64,000 nucleotides of DNA from Candidatus Poribacteria bacterium (GTDB taxonomy: Bacteria > Poribacteria > WGA-4E > JAJDTR01): assembly GCA_965222225.1 (NCBI GenBank), contig CBDCTK010000002.1:4512001-4576000 (forward strand), written 5' to 3'. The translations under genes and the position numbers were made by a program. Positions 9,557 through 20,000 of the stretch are shown here, piece by piece (position 1 is the stretch's first letter; each line of letters starts with the position of its first letter). The notes beneath the pieces are model-generated. The model was given only the letters and a program-made list of their open reading frames with translations. It did no database searches and was not told where the DNA came from.

Positions 9557-11044
9557 TTACACCCTCGAATCCTGGGTCTGAAGAAGGTCCAACTGACCTT
9601 CCGTTGGCTCTGCTCAGCAAAACCAAGGTTCCGTAAGACGGGGCGCCCTCTCTCGATCGTCGGGGAGTGCGTACCGCTGCGGAGGCGGGCCTCCCTGCAA
9701 ACTTGCCGCAAGTTCCCAGACACAATAGAATGTCTCGCCCGGATCCGCGCCAGCTTGGGAATCCCTCTCCACCAACACGCTAACAGCTTTGTGCAGCTCA
9801 TCCATTCGTGGATCGGGATGTGACCAGCGGTAGCTAAATGAACTCTGATCCAACGAACGGAGGTGGGGCTTCATTGCGTCTCGATTTAGTAAATATGACC
9901 CCGGCGGAATTAACAACCGAACGGCGTATTGTACCGGATCGACATGGTCAATCAGAGCGTGGCTTGACACAAATTCAAACACCTCAAGGTAATCACGCAG
10001 CGATGTCCACGGTGTGAACGCGACCCAAGTAGGGCGAAGGGCGATGTTTTCCGTGTGTACAATTTCGATTGCCTCCTCAATATCGCGTCGCGTGTGGTTT
10101 TTCTCCAAAATCTGAAGAACGCGATCGCTTAGCGATTCCACCGCAGAAACCGTGAACAAGCAACCCAATTGGCTGAACTCAGGGAACACGCCACGATGTT
10201 TGATGATATGTTCAACCTTCGTCGTAAAATCAAAAGTTAGGGATGGGAATTCAGCGTGCATTGCTCGGACGAGACGCAGTGAATGGGTCGGGCCATTCAA
10301 GAAATCCGGATCGCCGAATGTAATATGCGTTGCCCCTGCTTGAACTTGCCGACGAATATCTTCCAGTACAATCTCCTGCGGAACGACAAAGAATCGCCCA
10401 TCATAAACCGGGGGAATGGGACAGTGCGTGCAGAGGTGTTTGCATCCCCGGCTTCCTTCGACATATCCCACCAGCCGGTTCTCGCCGCGATGCGCTAGGC
10501 GCGCGTACGAATCTAGTGCTGGCAGTGAACTACGCGATGGTGGCGAGAAGGACAACCGTTTGAGAAATGGTCGGGCTGCGACGCAATTGCCAATCACCCC
10601 GGCGGGTAGATTTGCCGCATTTGCCGGCAAGGTGAACCTGTCCTTGCCGACCATCTCAATGAGGGCGAGGAGCGGTGATTCATACTCGCCAGCAATGCAA
10701 AAGTCCACGCCGTTCTTTAGCAGGTAATCTGCATTGAGACCCGCATAGAGACCGTAGAGGCATATCAGCGCTTCCGGGTTGATTTCGCGGATGCGCTTAA
10801 CGACATAAACACCCAAACGCAAGGCGGTGTGCATTGGAACGGCGATTCCGACAAAGCGGGCACGGGCGACCTTATCTACGTCTAATGGTTCGACGGAAAC
10901 GTCGATTGCGGCCGGTAAGAAGCCTGCGCCATCCAAGAAACCAAGGGGCATAGCGACCGCCATCGGTTGATGTCCCAGTTCATAACAGGAAATCAACAGT
11001 ACCGCACCAGATGAACGCATGTTTTTAGCCCGTGTGTGGTTCAT
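9557..11044 (-). CDS. B12-binding-domain radical SAM selenoprotein with CUAEP tail
   Basis: CKHLCTHC motif; PWFC-TGA-AEPTEGQLDLLQTQDSRV-TAA (UGA 9614-9616); hairpin after UGA; GAGGAGG RBS before ATG 11044. Confidence 0.85.
9583..9601 (-). promoter_or_regulatory. Putative bacterial SECIS hairpin
   Basis: GAAGGTC-AGTTG-GACCTTC stem-loop starting 12 nt after the UGA. Confidence 0.65.
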
Positions 11045-11155
11045 TGATATTGACCTCCTCTCTCTATTTTGGTGTTTAGTCGATTCTTGTTGCGGGTCTC
11101 GCGACGATTCGGCAAAGTTGGGGTAATCCCGTTCTGTAGACACACCTTCCATTTC

Positions 11156-12232
11156 CTAATCGGCAATCTCAACCTGATACCGTTCTGCAATCGTTTTGAT
11201 TTGCTCCCACGTATCCTCTTCAATGTAAATACCGTCGCGTTCGCGTCTTTCACGTTCACGAAACCCGCGTTCTCCCGGTACAAAGATTTCATTGACACCG
11301 GGTGATTTCTGCGCCGACTTGACATATTCGACGAAGCGGTCTACCTCTTCGTTGAACTCCGGTAACTCGACAAAGCTGGAAATCTTGAAGACAGTGACAA
11401 AAATACCGTTGCCGGGTCTTGTCTCGCCTTCTCGGGTACAGCCTGCGCCGCTCAACGCTCCCGAAAGAATATCCACGACGAGACTAAGTCCAAATCCTTT
11501 TTGTGCGGCAATCCCTCCGAACGGCAACAATGCACCGGGCGGATCCGCATAGAAGTCATCTACATTCGTCGTAGGCATTCCGGCGGAATCGAGAATCCAT
11601 CCTTCCGGGACAGCCTCCTTCCGATGTTGCTGCACCCTGACTTTCCCCGAGGCGACAACACTAGTGGACATGTCTAGAAGCAGGGGAGCGCGTCCCGGCA
11701 GTGGAATGGCGCAGGCAAGCGGATTGGTCGATAGCCTCGGTTCAATTCCCCCAAACGGTACGACGCAACCTCCGGCACCGTGGTCGTTCACTGTCAAAAG
11801 ACAGATCATGTCGGATTCTGCCGCGATCAGGGCAAAACCTCCCAATCTCCCGACTTCGTTTGATCTTGAGACGACAACCGAACCGAGATCGTTGAACTTA
11901 GCCTTCCGGATAGCGAGATTCACGGCGTGAGTGGCGATGACGGGACCAAATCCCCAATTGCCGTCCAATACCGCCATAGATGGGGATTCACGTTTAATCT
12001 CAATCTCCGCATCCAACTTAATCAATCCGAATTCAATTTCGGGGACGTATTTGAGTGGCAGATGGATGACGCCGTGTGAATCGTGTCCGACAAGATTGGC
12101 GTCAACCATTGCGCGTGTGACTACTGTGGCCTCAGCGTCTGATACACCAAGTGCGCGAAAGATTTTCAAACACGATTCTGTCAGTTTCTCTGCCGTCAGT
12201 ATTGGCAACGTCAATTCCTCTTCATCATCCAA
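11156..12232 (-). CDS. Ldh_2 family (malate/L-lactate/ureidoglycolate-type) oxidoreductase
   Basis: GHDSHG, DGNWGFG, STNPLA, LDMSTS, GALLPFGG..KGFGL, PGE motifs. Confidence 0.88.
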   Translation of the reverse strand: MDDEEELTLPILTAEKLTESCLKIFRALGVSDAEATVVTRAMVDANLVGHDSHGVIHLPLKYVPEIEFGLIKLDAEIEIKRESPSMAVLDGNWGFGPVIATHAVNLAIRKAKFNDLGSVVVSRSNEVGRLGGFALIAAESDMICLLTVNDHGAGGCVVPFGGIEPRLSTNPLACAIPLPGRAPLLLDMSTSVVASGKVRVQQHRKEAVPEGWILDSAGMPTTNVDDFYADPPGALLPFGGIAAQKGFGLSLVVDILSGALSGAGCTREGETRPGNGIFVTVFKISSFVELPEFNEEVDRFVEYVKSAQKSPGVNEIFVPGERGFRERERRERDGIYIEEDTWEQIKTIAERYQVEIAD

Positions 12233-12433
12233 CCACTGATATGATGTTTTATGGTCGTATTATACAACCTTTTAAGTGTTGATTTCAAACACATTAGCGC
12301 TTGGGTGCAGGGTAGTTGCGTCTGATTATGGGGATGTGGAAAGGTAGCGGGGCGGAAGAATGGTGGGCAGTGCCCACCCTACAACTTTTATGCCGAATAA
12401 TAGTTGGGCTTGTGCCGGGAGTCGGGTTTCACT

Positions 12434-12541
12434 AGGATTTCTATCGCCTTGGGATCTCTATGGGAACTCTATCGCACTCACTATCCGTTCGCTTGATCGC
12501 TCCTACAGGTGTTGGGTTTCACTGTGTTCAACCCAACCTAC
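12434..12541. repeat. Stacked 37-nt elements in REP context
   Basis: Two left halves plus one full unit (12462-12498), followed by GCTCCTAC and the REP GTTGGGTTTCACTGTGTTCAACCCAACCTAC. Confidence 0.8.
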
Positions 12542-12758
12542 GGGCTACAATCAGATGCGAATGGCATGTAAGGGTATTGAATGCGGTTGACATTAGTGCT
12601 TGAAGTTATGGCATAATTATATACAGAAGTGATTTATTATAGGTGCCACGTTTCGCCTTGCGGGAAGGAGGGTGGAAACGCAGACTCGAAGATTGCTTGA
12701 CAATTGTTCTCTACAAGCTTGGGCCATCCGGAGTGCCGTTCCACCGTTCAAAGGTCAT

Positions 12759-13856
12759 ATGCACACTACTGCGCTAGTTGCGCTATTCCGAGGTGTTGGT
12801 CAGCCGTTTGAGATTAGGAGACAACCACTAGACGTTTCGAGCAAAGACAACGTGCTGGTTCGAGTCATGCTAGCGACAATTTGCGGGTCAGATTTGCACA
12901 CTGTCTCAGGACGGAGATCGGTTTCGCTACCGTGTGCACTGGGCCATGAAGCCATCGGGGTGATTGCCGAGCCGACACATTTACAAGATGCCTACGGACG
13001 GGGCTTAAATGAGGGCGATCGAATTACCTGGAGCATTGGCGCATCGTGCGGCAGGTGCCATAACTGCGTAAAGAAAAACCTGCCTCAGAAATGTGACAGA
13101 CTGTTCAAGTACGGTCATGCCGGAGGAGGGGCCAATGTTGGGTTCAGCGGTGGGTTTGCCGAATACATCCAGCTCCGACCCGGCACTGCCATCTACCGAC
13201 TTCCGGCGGCTCTGACTGAGCGCGAAGCGGTGCCACTTAATTGTGCGCTGGCTACCGTGCTGGACGGATTGAAGGCTGTCGGCGTCAAGGCAGGGGACAA
13301 TGCGGTTGTACAAGGAGCAGGGATGTTAGGCATTTATGCCGCGTGCTACCTGCGCGAGAGTGGGTGCAGGAATGTAGTGGTTGTCGATTATCGAGAAGAT
13401 CGGTTGAAGATTGCGGCTCAGTTCGGTGCGACGCACACCGTTAATCTCACGGATACCTCGGCGAAGGATGTTGGACAGACCATCCAAGAGATTACGGATT
13501 GCAATGGCGCCGACCTCGTCCTAGAGGTGAGCGGGGCAAGCGCGGCATTGTCGAATGCGCTTGATTGGTTAGGAATCGGAGGTCGTTGCCTCACGCTCGG
13601 GTTCGTATATCCGGGCGCTGAAGTCACACTAGACGCTCAGAAAGTCGTGACGAAGTGTTTGACAATTCGCGGGCTGCACAACTATCATCCGTCTGCACTA
13701 GGTGAAGCGATTCGGTTCGTTGAGAAGAAACGCGATCGCTATCCGTTCAACGCGTTGATAGGCGCAACCTACCCGCTGGGGGAAATTGATGCAGCGTTCG
13801 AACGGGCACAACAGGGCAATTTGATTCGAGTGGCGGTAGATCCGCAAAGGGAGTGA
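12759..13856 (+). CDS. Zn-dependent alcohol dehydrogenase, phosphonate catabolism-associated type
   Basis: ICGSDLHT, LGHE, C-x2-C-x2-C-x7-C, GAGMLG, GLHNY; directly upstream of phnA; start uncertain. Confidence 0.8.
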   Translation: MHTTALVALFRGVGQPFEIRRQPLDVSSKDNVLVRVMLATICGSDLHTVSGRRSVSLPCALGHEAIGVIAEPTHLQDAYGRGLNEGDRITWSIGASCGRCHNCVKKNLPQKCDRLFKYGHAGGGANVGFSGGFAEYIQLRPGTAIYRLPAALTEREAVPLNCALATVLDGLKAVGVKAGDNAVVQGAGMLGIYAACYLRESGCRNVVVVDYREDRLKIAAQFGATHTVNLTDTSAKDVGQTIQEITDCNGADLVLEVSGASAALSNALDWLGIGGRCLTLGFVYPGAEVTLDAQKVVTKCLTIRGLHNYHPSALGEAIRFVEKKRDRYPFNALIGATYPLGEIDAAFERAQQGNLIRVAVDPQRE

Positions 13857-13866
13857 CGAAAAGTGC

Positions 13867-14979
13867 ATGAGTAGACCCAAGGTTTTAATCATCTGCATTG
13901 ATGCGGGCGGGCACGACTACCTTGCCGCCAGTGAAATCCCAAATATTCGGAGACTAGCCGATGCCGGGTTCTACAGATGCGCTAACTCGGTCATACCGTC
14001 GGTTACAAACGTCAACAACGTCAGTATCGCGACAGGGTGCTTTCCAGCGACGCACGGAATTACGACAAATTATCACGTTGACCGAGAGACCGGAAGGGGA
14101 GAGTTTATTGAGGACAACCGTTTTCTGCTAACTCCAACATTGTTTGAGCGTGCGAAGTCGACAGGATTCGCCGAAAAAACCGCACTGTTAGTGACAAAGG
14201 AAAAACTTTTACGGATGCTGGAAGATGGAGCAGACATTCGGATCGCCGCGGAAGCCCCATCTGCGGAATATGTTGAATCGGTTGGAGAGGCAGAGTCAAT
14301 TTACTCAGCCGAAATTAACTGGTGGCTGTTTCGGGCATTGCGAAGAGTACTGCGTGATGAGAATCCCGATGTCGTTTTCTGTTCAACAACCGATTGGGCG
14401 CAGCATAAGTTCGCGCCCGATGAGGAGGTTTCTCAACGTCATATGGCTGAGCTGGATCGGATCTTTGGGGAAATTGTGGGCGATGATCCGAACCGAGAGA
14501 TATACATCACCGCGGATCACGGCATGTCAGCCAAAACAAATGCTCTTGACCCGGGGCGTTGGCTCACCGAACACGGCGTGGGAGCGAGCGCGATTCCAAT
14601 TATCAAAGACCGTTATGTTGCGCATCACGGAAATCTTGGCGGGGCAGCGTATATCTTTCTTAAGGAGGACGGCGAGTGCGCGCGAGCGGTTGCGTTGTTG
14701 GAGGATGCGCCGGGAGTTGAGGAGGTATACACCGCTGCACAAGCAGCAGAGACGTTCAAACTTCACCGAGACCGGATTGGTGACATCTTCGTCCTCGCAG
14801 ATTGTGATACGGTCTTCGGCGAGCTAGAACAAACAAGGGCGGAGGTTAGCTTGAGATCCCACGGATCTCGACACGAAAGCTATGTGCCGGTCATCGGCTA
14901 CAATAGCCCGTGGCGGGCAGAGGATTTCACTTACAATGTTGACGTTGGGCGACTATTCTTGGAGAGCATTCTCCACTGA
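13867..14979 (+). CDS. phnA: Phosphonoacetate hydrolase (alkaline phosphatase superfamily)
   Basis: PSVTNVNNVSIATG, TTDWAQHKFAP, TADHGM, LRSHG motifs. Confidence 0.8.
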   Translation: MSRPKVLIICIDAGGHDYLAASEIPNIRRLADAGFYRCANSVIPSVTNVNNVSIATGCFPATHGITTNYHVDRETGRGEFIEDNRFLLTPTLFERAKSTGFAEKTALLVTKEKLLRMLEDGADIRIAAEAPSAEYVESVGEAESIYSAEINWWLFRALRRVLRDENPDVVFCSTTDWAQHKFAPDEEVSQRHMAELDRIFGEIVGDDPNREIYITADHGMSAKTNALDPGRWLTEHGVGASAIPIIKDRYVAHHGNLGGAAYIFLKEDGECARAVALLEDAPGVEEVYTAAQAAETFKLHRDRIGDIFVLADCDTVFGELEQTRAEVSLRSHGSRHESYVPVIGYNSPWRAEDFTYNVDVGRLFLESILH

Positions 14980-15030
14980 CACATGAGATTCTACGTCACG
15001 AGGGTGACCACACATTGACGGAGGGAACCA

Positions 15031-15705
15031 ATGAAAACCCGAATTTTGATTATTGCCGCGGCGATTTTGCTGACAAGCACTATCGTTTTAGGGAAACAGG
15101 AAGGGACAGCAATGTCTAACAAAGAACGGTGGAACTTAAAGTACGAAGGTACGACGTATATTTATGGGAAGGAACCGACGGCGTTCCTCAATGAAAAGCT
15201 CTCGCTGCTGAAGAAGGGCAAGGCGCTGGTTCTGGCGATGGGTGAGGGACGCAATGCGGTTTACCTCGCCGAGAACGGATTTGATGTTACCGGCGTCGAT
15301 ATCTCCGCGGTCGGGATTGAGAAGTGTGAACGGCTTGCAGAGGAACGGGGTGTCGTGGTTAATTCCGTTGTCGCGGATTTGACCGATTACGATATGGGTA
15401 GCGAGCAATACGATCTCATCACAAATTTTTACTTTTTTGACGAATCGATTTTGCCGGGGGTGATTGATTCGTTGAAACCCGGCGGCATTTTTATCTTTGA
15501 GACCTATTCGCGCGATCACCCCAAACACAGCAAGTTTGGGCCTAAGAATCCTGACTACCTTGTGAAGCCCAATGAGCTTTTGGAAATCTTCAAATCGTTG
15601 CGGATTCTTTACTACGAGGATACGGTCACTGAGCTTAACGAGGGGATGCACAAGGGAAAAGCGGCGCTCATAAGGTTAATTGCGAGGAAACCGGAGTCGG
15701 ACTAA
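15031..15705 (+). CDS. Class I SAM-dependent methyltransferase (TehB-like) with signal-peptide-like N-terminus
   Basis: LAMGEGRNAVYLA, VTGVDIS, LKPGG motifs; alternative ATG at 15112. Confidence 0.85.
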   Translation: MKTRILIIAAAILLTSTIVLGKQEGTAMSNKERWNLKYEGTTYIYGKEPTAFLNEKLSLLKKGKALVLAMGEGRNAVYLAENGFDVTGVDISAVGIEKCERLAEERGVVVNSVVADLTDYDMGSEQYDLITNFYFFDESILPGVIDSLKPGGIFIFETYSRDHPKHSKFGPKNPDYLVKPNELLEIFKSLRILYYEDTVTELNEGMHKGKAALIRLIARKPESD

Positions 15706-15825
15706 CGCAATCTGTCTGTTTTTTGGCAGGGTAACGTCAAGAGGGGGGCTGCGCGGGTCGGGCTAGAAGCCCGACCTACAAGAAGGGGTGGCAATTTGGG
15801 TTACGTAACTATGCAGTAACAACTT

Positions 15826-16361
15826 CTAATCAGGTCTGGTCGGCTGACATCACCTATATCCCGATGAAAAAAGGATTCATGTTCCTCGTAGCGATTTTGG
15901 ATTGGTACAGCCGTTTTGTCATCGCTTGGGAGTTCTCCAATGTGCTTCATGGACAGTTCTGTCTTAAGGCTCTGCACCGGGCCTCAAGTGATGCAGCACC
16001 AGAAATCTTCAATACAGACCAAGGAGTGCAGTTCACAGCCAATGCGTTCACCCAAGCCGTTGAATCCGCCGGTAGTTCGATGAGCATGGACGGAGTTGGA
16101 CGCGCCATTGACAATATTTACAACGAGCGTTTCTGGCGAAGCGTCAAGTACGAGGACGTATATCTCAAGCTGTACCAGACGCCAGATGCTCTGTTTGACG
16201 GATTAGCCAAGTACATCCGATTTTACAACCATCAACGGCCACATCAGAGCCTTGATTATGCAACCCCGGCTGAGGTTTACTTTGACCACAATACGATACC
16301 CTAACCTCAAATATCTTACTTATTTCTTGCTATTTTTGGTCTAGACAAGGGGACCACTTTA
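15826..16361 (+). mobile_element. IS3-family remnant (C-terminal integrase core plus right IR)
   Basis: NQVWSADITY, FNTDQGVQFT, DNIYNERFWRSVKYE, YNHQRPHQSL; IR-like GGTCTAGACAAGGGGACCACTTTA; no OrfA or left end. Confidence 0.85.
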
Positions 16362-16822
16362 GTCAATAGCATGGCAAGATATATTGGTTCATCACGGCTG
16401 GGATTCCACGTGATTCGCCGTTCATCTTTTACCCAAGTTGTAGCCTATTGGAGACATTGCAAACCGGGAGGATGTGAGCCAAATCGAGTCAATCACCGCC
16501 CGCAGTGGACTGCCAAATCCACTGCACCTATGGGAGTATGGCTTGGATATGTCTATCCAAGCCGAGCTGAATTTATAAATGGAGTGAAACACAACACACG
16601 AAAATGAAAATCCCAGTATTTACGACTAGATAACAACAAAGGTTCTTTGAGAACTTCTGTTTATCATCGGATGGTTGACCATTGGCTGTGCGCACGGATT
16701 GACATTCGCATCAGTCAGATCTTGGGGAGAGCGGGTGAGTGGTTTGGAAGAGTAGTTGTCATGAACAGGACAGTTACAGAAACCGAGTTTTGAAGAAAAC
16801 GCGGTTTCGCCGCACTTGCTTA

Positions 16823-17051
16823 GAGCCTGCTTGAAAAGTACAGTTTGTAGGGTGCGATCAAAGGCATGAATAATGACTGCGATAGAGATCCCCTGCGCAC
16901 CAGCCTCTAAAAGCCCCAGCGTGGGATCAAGGAAGCGAATAGCGACTGCGATAGAGATCCTACAGGTATGTAGCAGCCAACAATGAAAACATGAAATAAC
17001 TTTCTACAAATGACCAAGATTGGCTTTACCTCCGATTATTCAAACAGGCTC
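16823..17051 (-). mobile_element. MITE with GAGCCTGYTTGAA TIRs and TTA flanks, carrying a REP and two 37-nt elements
   Basis: tta|GAGCCTGCTTGAA...TTCAAACAGGCTC|tta; homologous to 58381-58618 and 63233-63433 in the opposite orientation. Confidence 0.85.
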
Positions 17052-17061
17052 TTAGAATGGG

Positions 17062-20000
17062 TTACAATTCTGCCACCATTTCCATCTCGATCCGATGTTC
17101 AGGCGCTTCCTGCTTTGTTGAGAGCAGCCGATATTTGAATCGCAGTAACAAATCTGTCACTTTCCGCACCTTGTATTCCGCGTTCGCTCGAATTTCGTGG
17201 CTTAGTCCCTCGTGGAAATGATATCGCGTGAATGGAATCCCACCAGTGCTATCCCCGAAACCGAGTCGATAATTGAAATCGATTCGGCCCTTCCGTATTA
17301 GGGAGTAAATCAGCCGGTTTTCGATTGATAATGTCCGTGTATGTGCTTCCGGTTCATCCGCCAATTTCTCAAGATCCGAGGTCGTTTCATAGCCGCCAGT
17401 AAGACTAAGCCGAAGAGCGCGGTTAAATTCGTATCGGAAGTCGATTTCACGCCTTCGCTCAAACTGCACCAAATCGGATATTCGATTGGATGTCTCCGCT
17501 TCATTCGCAAGTTGGCTAAACTGCTCTTGTTCGCGGCGCTGCTCCCATCGTCCAACGAATGATATTCGGCGTGTGGGGTTCAGCGTCAGATTGATATCCC
17601 AATCGCGGTTACTTCGCCATCGTTCTCTGTTATTGACACGCCTGTTCAGAGTTTGACTCCGGTTGTAATTCAGGTTAAGGTTCAGTGTGGTTGACGGCGA
17701 GAATTTGAGTTGATAGCGTTGCCTTTCCTGTCCAAAAAGAGTGCGATCGTTACGTAGATCGCGGAGCAGGTATAGCGATGCGGAGTCCGCTTCTTCCTGT
17801 TCTTCCCGGAGATCGAAGCGGATTTCGCCGCTGATGGCTTCCGCCAACCACTCCAACGCAGTTGTATGTTCCGGTGATTCCTCTCCCAATCTTTTACTTC
17901 CATCGCGAGGGGGGAGTTTCGAGTCGGTCGGCAGTATCCCAATTTTTGAGGTCGAAAATCGGCCAGCTCGTCTTCGCCGGGAAAAAATTTGTCGCGGACG
18001 AAAGCGTAATCTCAGTTTGGCATCAATTGCCGAAACGGGTTTGTCGTCAACATTCTGAATAATCTTTATGTAGTTCCCTTCCTCGGAATCTTCCCTATAG
18101 TGCAGGTCGTCAATTTTGACATAAAAACCTTCGCCCGGCTCAATTTCTCTTCCCGTGAACGGATTGATGTTGGAATATATCTCTCGTCGTTCCGTGGCTA
18201 ACTTCTTATCGAGTTCATAGGTAATCTCACCGTACAACGCGCGGTTAAAAGGGGTGAGTCGCACACTGATGTCGGCTAGCTGTGTTGTTACGTCGTTATT
18301 CAGTTTGTGCCGCGCCTCAAACACTCGGCGAGAGATGTTGGATGTCAGGTTTGCCCATTTGCGGGGTTGTGAAAAAAAGCCAACTGTCCATGTTCGCGCA
18401 GTCGTTTGAAGTTTCCAGTCCGAGAAAGCTAATGTTTCCCCGTCAACGGTGAGAAGGTCCTCTTTTCCGAATGATTTTTCAATGGAGTACAACGAATTAG
18501 GCGATGCCCACTTAAAGTTGACAACATCCATGCGACCTGTCGAGATATTCCGCCTTCGATTGAGGTTGGCACCGTCTGTGTAATCAAGATCCAAAGATTC
18601 CAACTGTTCGGTAGCCGCGCTCAGGTTTAATGCCCGAAGCCTATGAACGAGATTCCACTGTTGATTTTCTTTGCGAAACTGGTCAGTTCCCCTGATTTTG
18701 GATGCACTTCTACGCACATTCCATTTTAGTCGAGGGATTTTCAGGGGACTAAAATCGACAGCCCAGTTCAAGTTATCACGGATTGTTATATCGTCCCCCG
18801 GCGTGCGTGGGACAGATTCGCTGTCATTCACGCCGTCTCCCTCTGATTTTGCGCTTGCGGGTGCAGTTGCGCGGAAACGCTCCTCGGTTCGCCCTAGTCC
18901 GGAGTTAAACCCCAACCACGTGAACGGCTTGAATTGGAGGTCGAAGTCCAGCGATCGTTCGTCAGAGGATTGCCGCGGCGCTCTTCCCTCAAGCAGGTAG
19001 AGGTCATCGAATCTCTCCTGCTTGTATTGTTCTTCGTACTGAAAACGGGAGCGATTGGTACTTGATGCGCCAACCGGCACAAAGTCGGCATCAAGAGATC
19101 GAACATCAAGGTTCAACCGGATTTTCTCGTAGGACGAAAGTGCAAGGAGTTTCCACGCTCGACTGATTACCTTCGAATCCAAATCAGAAAAGGTGTTTTT
19201 GTCGAGCGCGCTGAAAGCGACTTCTCCTGTAAGGGAGGTTTGATCGCTTAGATTGAGAGCTCCGTCCAATCCCCATACGCTGTGTTTCTCCGGAGGAATT
19301 AGCGGTTTGCCATCTCCATCAGGATCCAACTCATTTCGGCGGAAATCTATCAAGTCTTGATCGCTGATAACAATGAATGCATTTTCGATGTTGTCCAAGT
19401 CCGACTCAACGGCGTATGCGGCACCAAGAGTAACACGATCTCCGGGCAGATTAAGGGACCCACTCGCACCGTAAAGATTTCGTTGATAGGCTCGATCTTC
19501 GGGGATGAATTCGAAATCAACGCGTATAACATCGTTGCTGGTGATCAGATGCTTATTTGTGAACTCGATTGTCGGGTCACCGTACTCGCGGATAACGTAA
19601 TCATTATTCTTTCCGCGCCGCATTCGCTCACCGTTGAGCCAGACGATATCGCTTCCGGCTTTGACCACGACAAATTCACCGTCGGCGTCGATTCGATACT
19701 CGCTACGCCCCTCTTCACCTCGAATCACTTTGCTTGTGGATTGCCCTTTTGGAATGCTACTCGGTATGAGGTGAAACTTTCCCCACTTGAAATCGCCTTC
19801 AACCTGCACACCTTCCAAAGCCCGCGGGAAAAAGATGAACTCCGAGTTTCCGAGAGAGCCCTCGTAATCGCCCAAGGTCGCGGTGACATTTGGGCTTGTA
19901 ATACGGATGAGTTTTTGGTCAATATCCTGAATGTCCTCGGTTGTACCGCTTGCTTGAATCGGCAGGTCTTGGTCCGACAGCGAGGCAATCACACTAACGT

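Noticed and set aside
12609-12625. Sigma54 promoter TGGCATAATTATATAC before the ADH gene
   Set aside because: The -12 GC element is missing
16779-16808. Palindrome GAAACCGAGTTTT...CGGTTTC, also at ~32183-32214, as an operator
   Set aside because: It lies in repeat-rich mosaics and is more simply another REP-like hairpin; two copies are too few to judge
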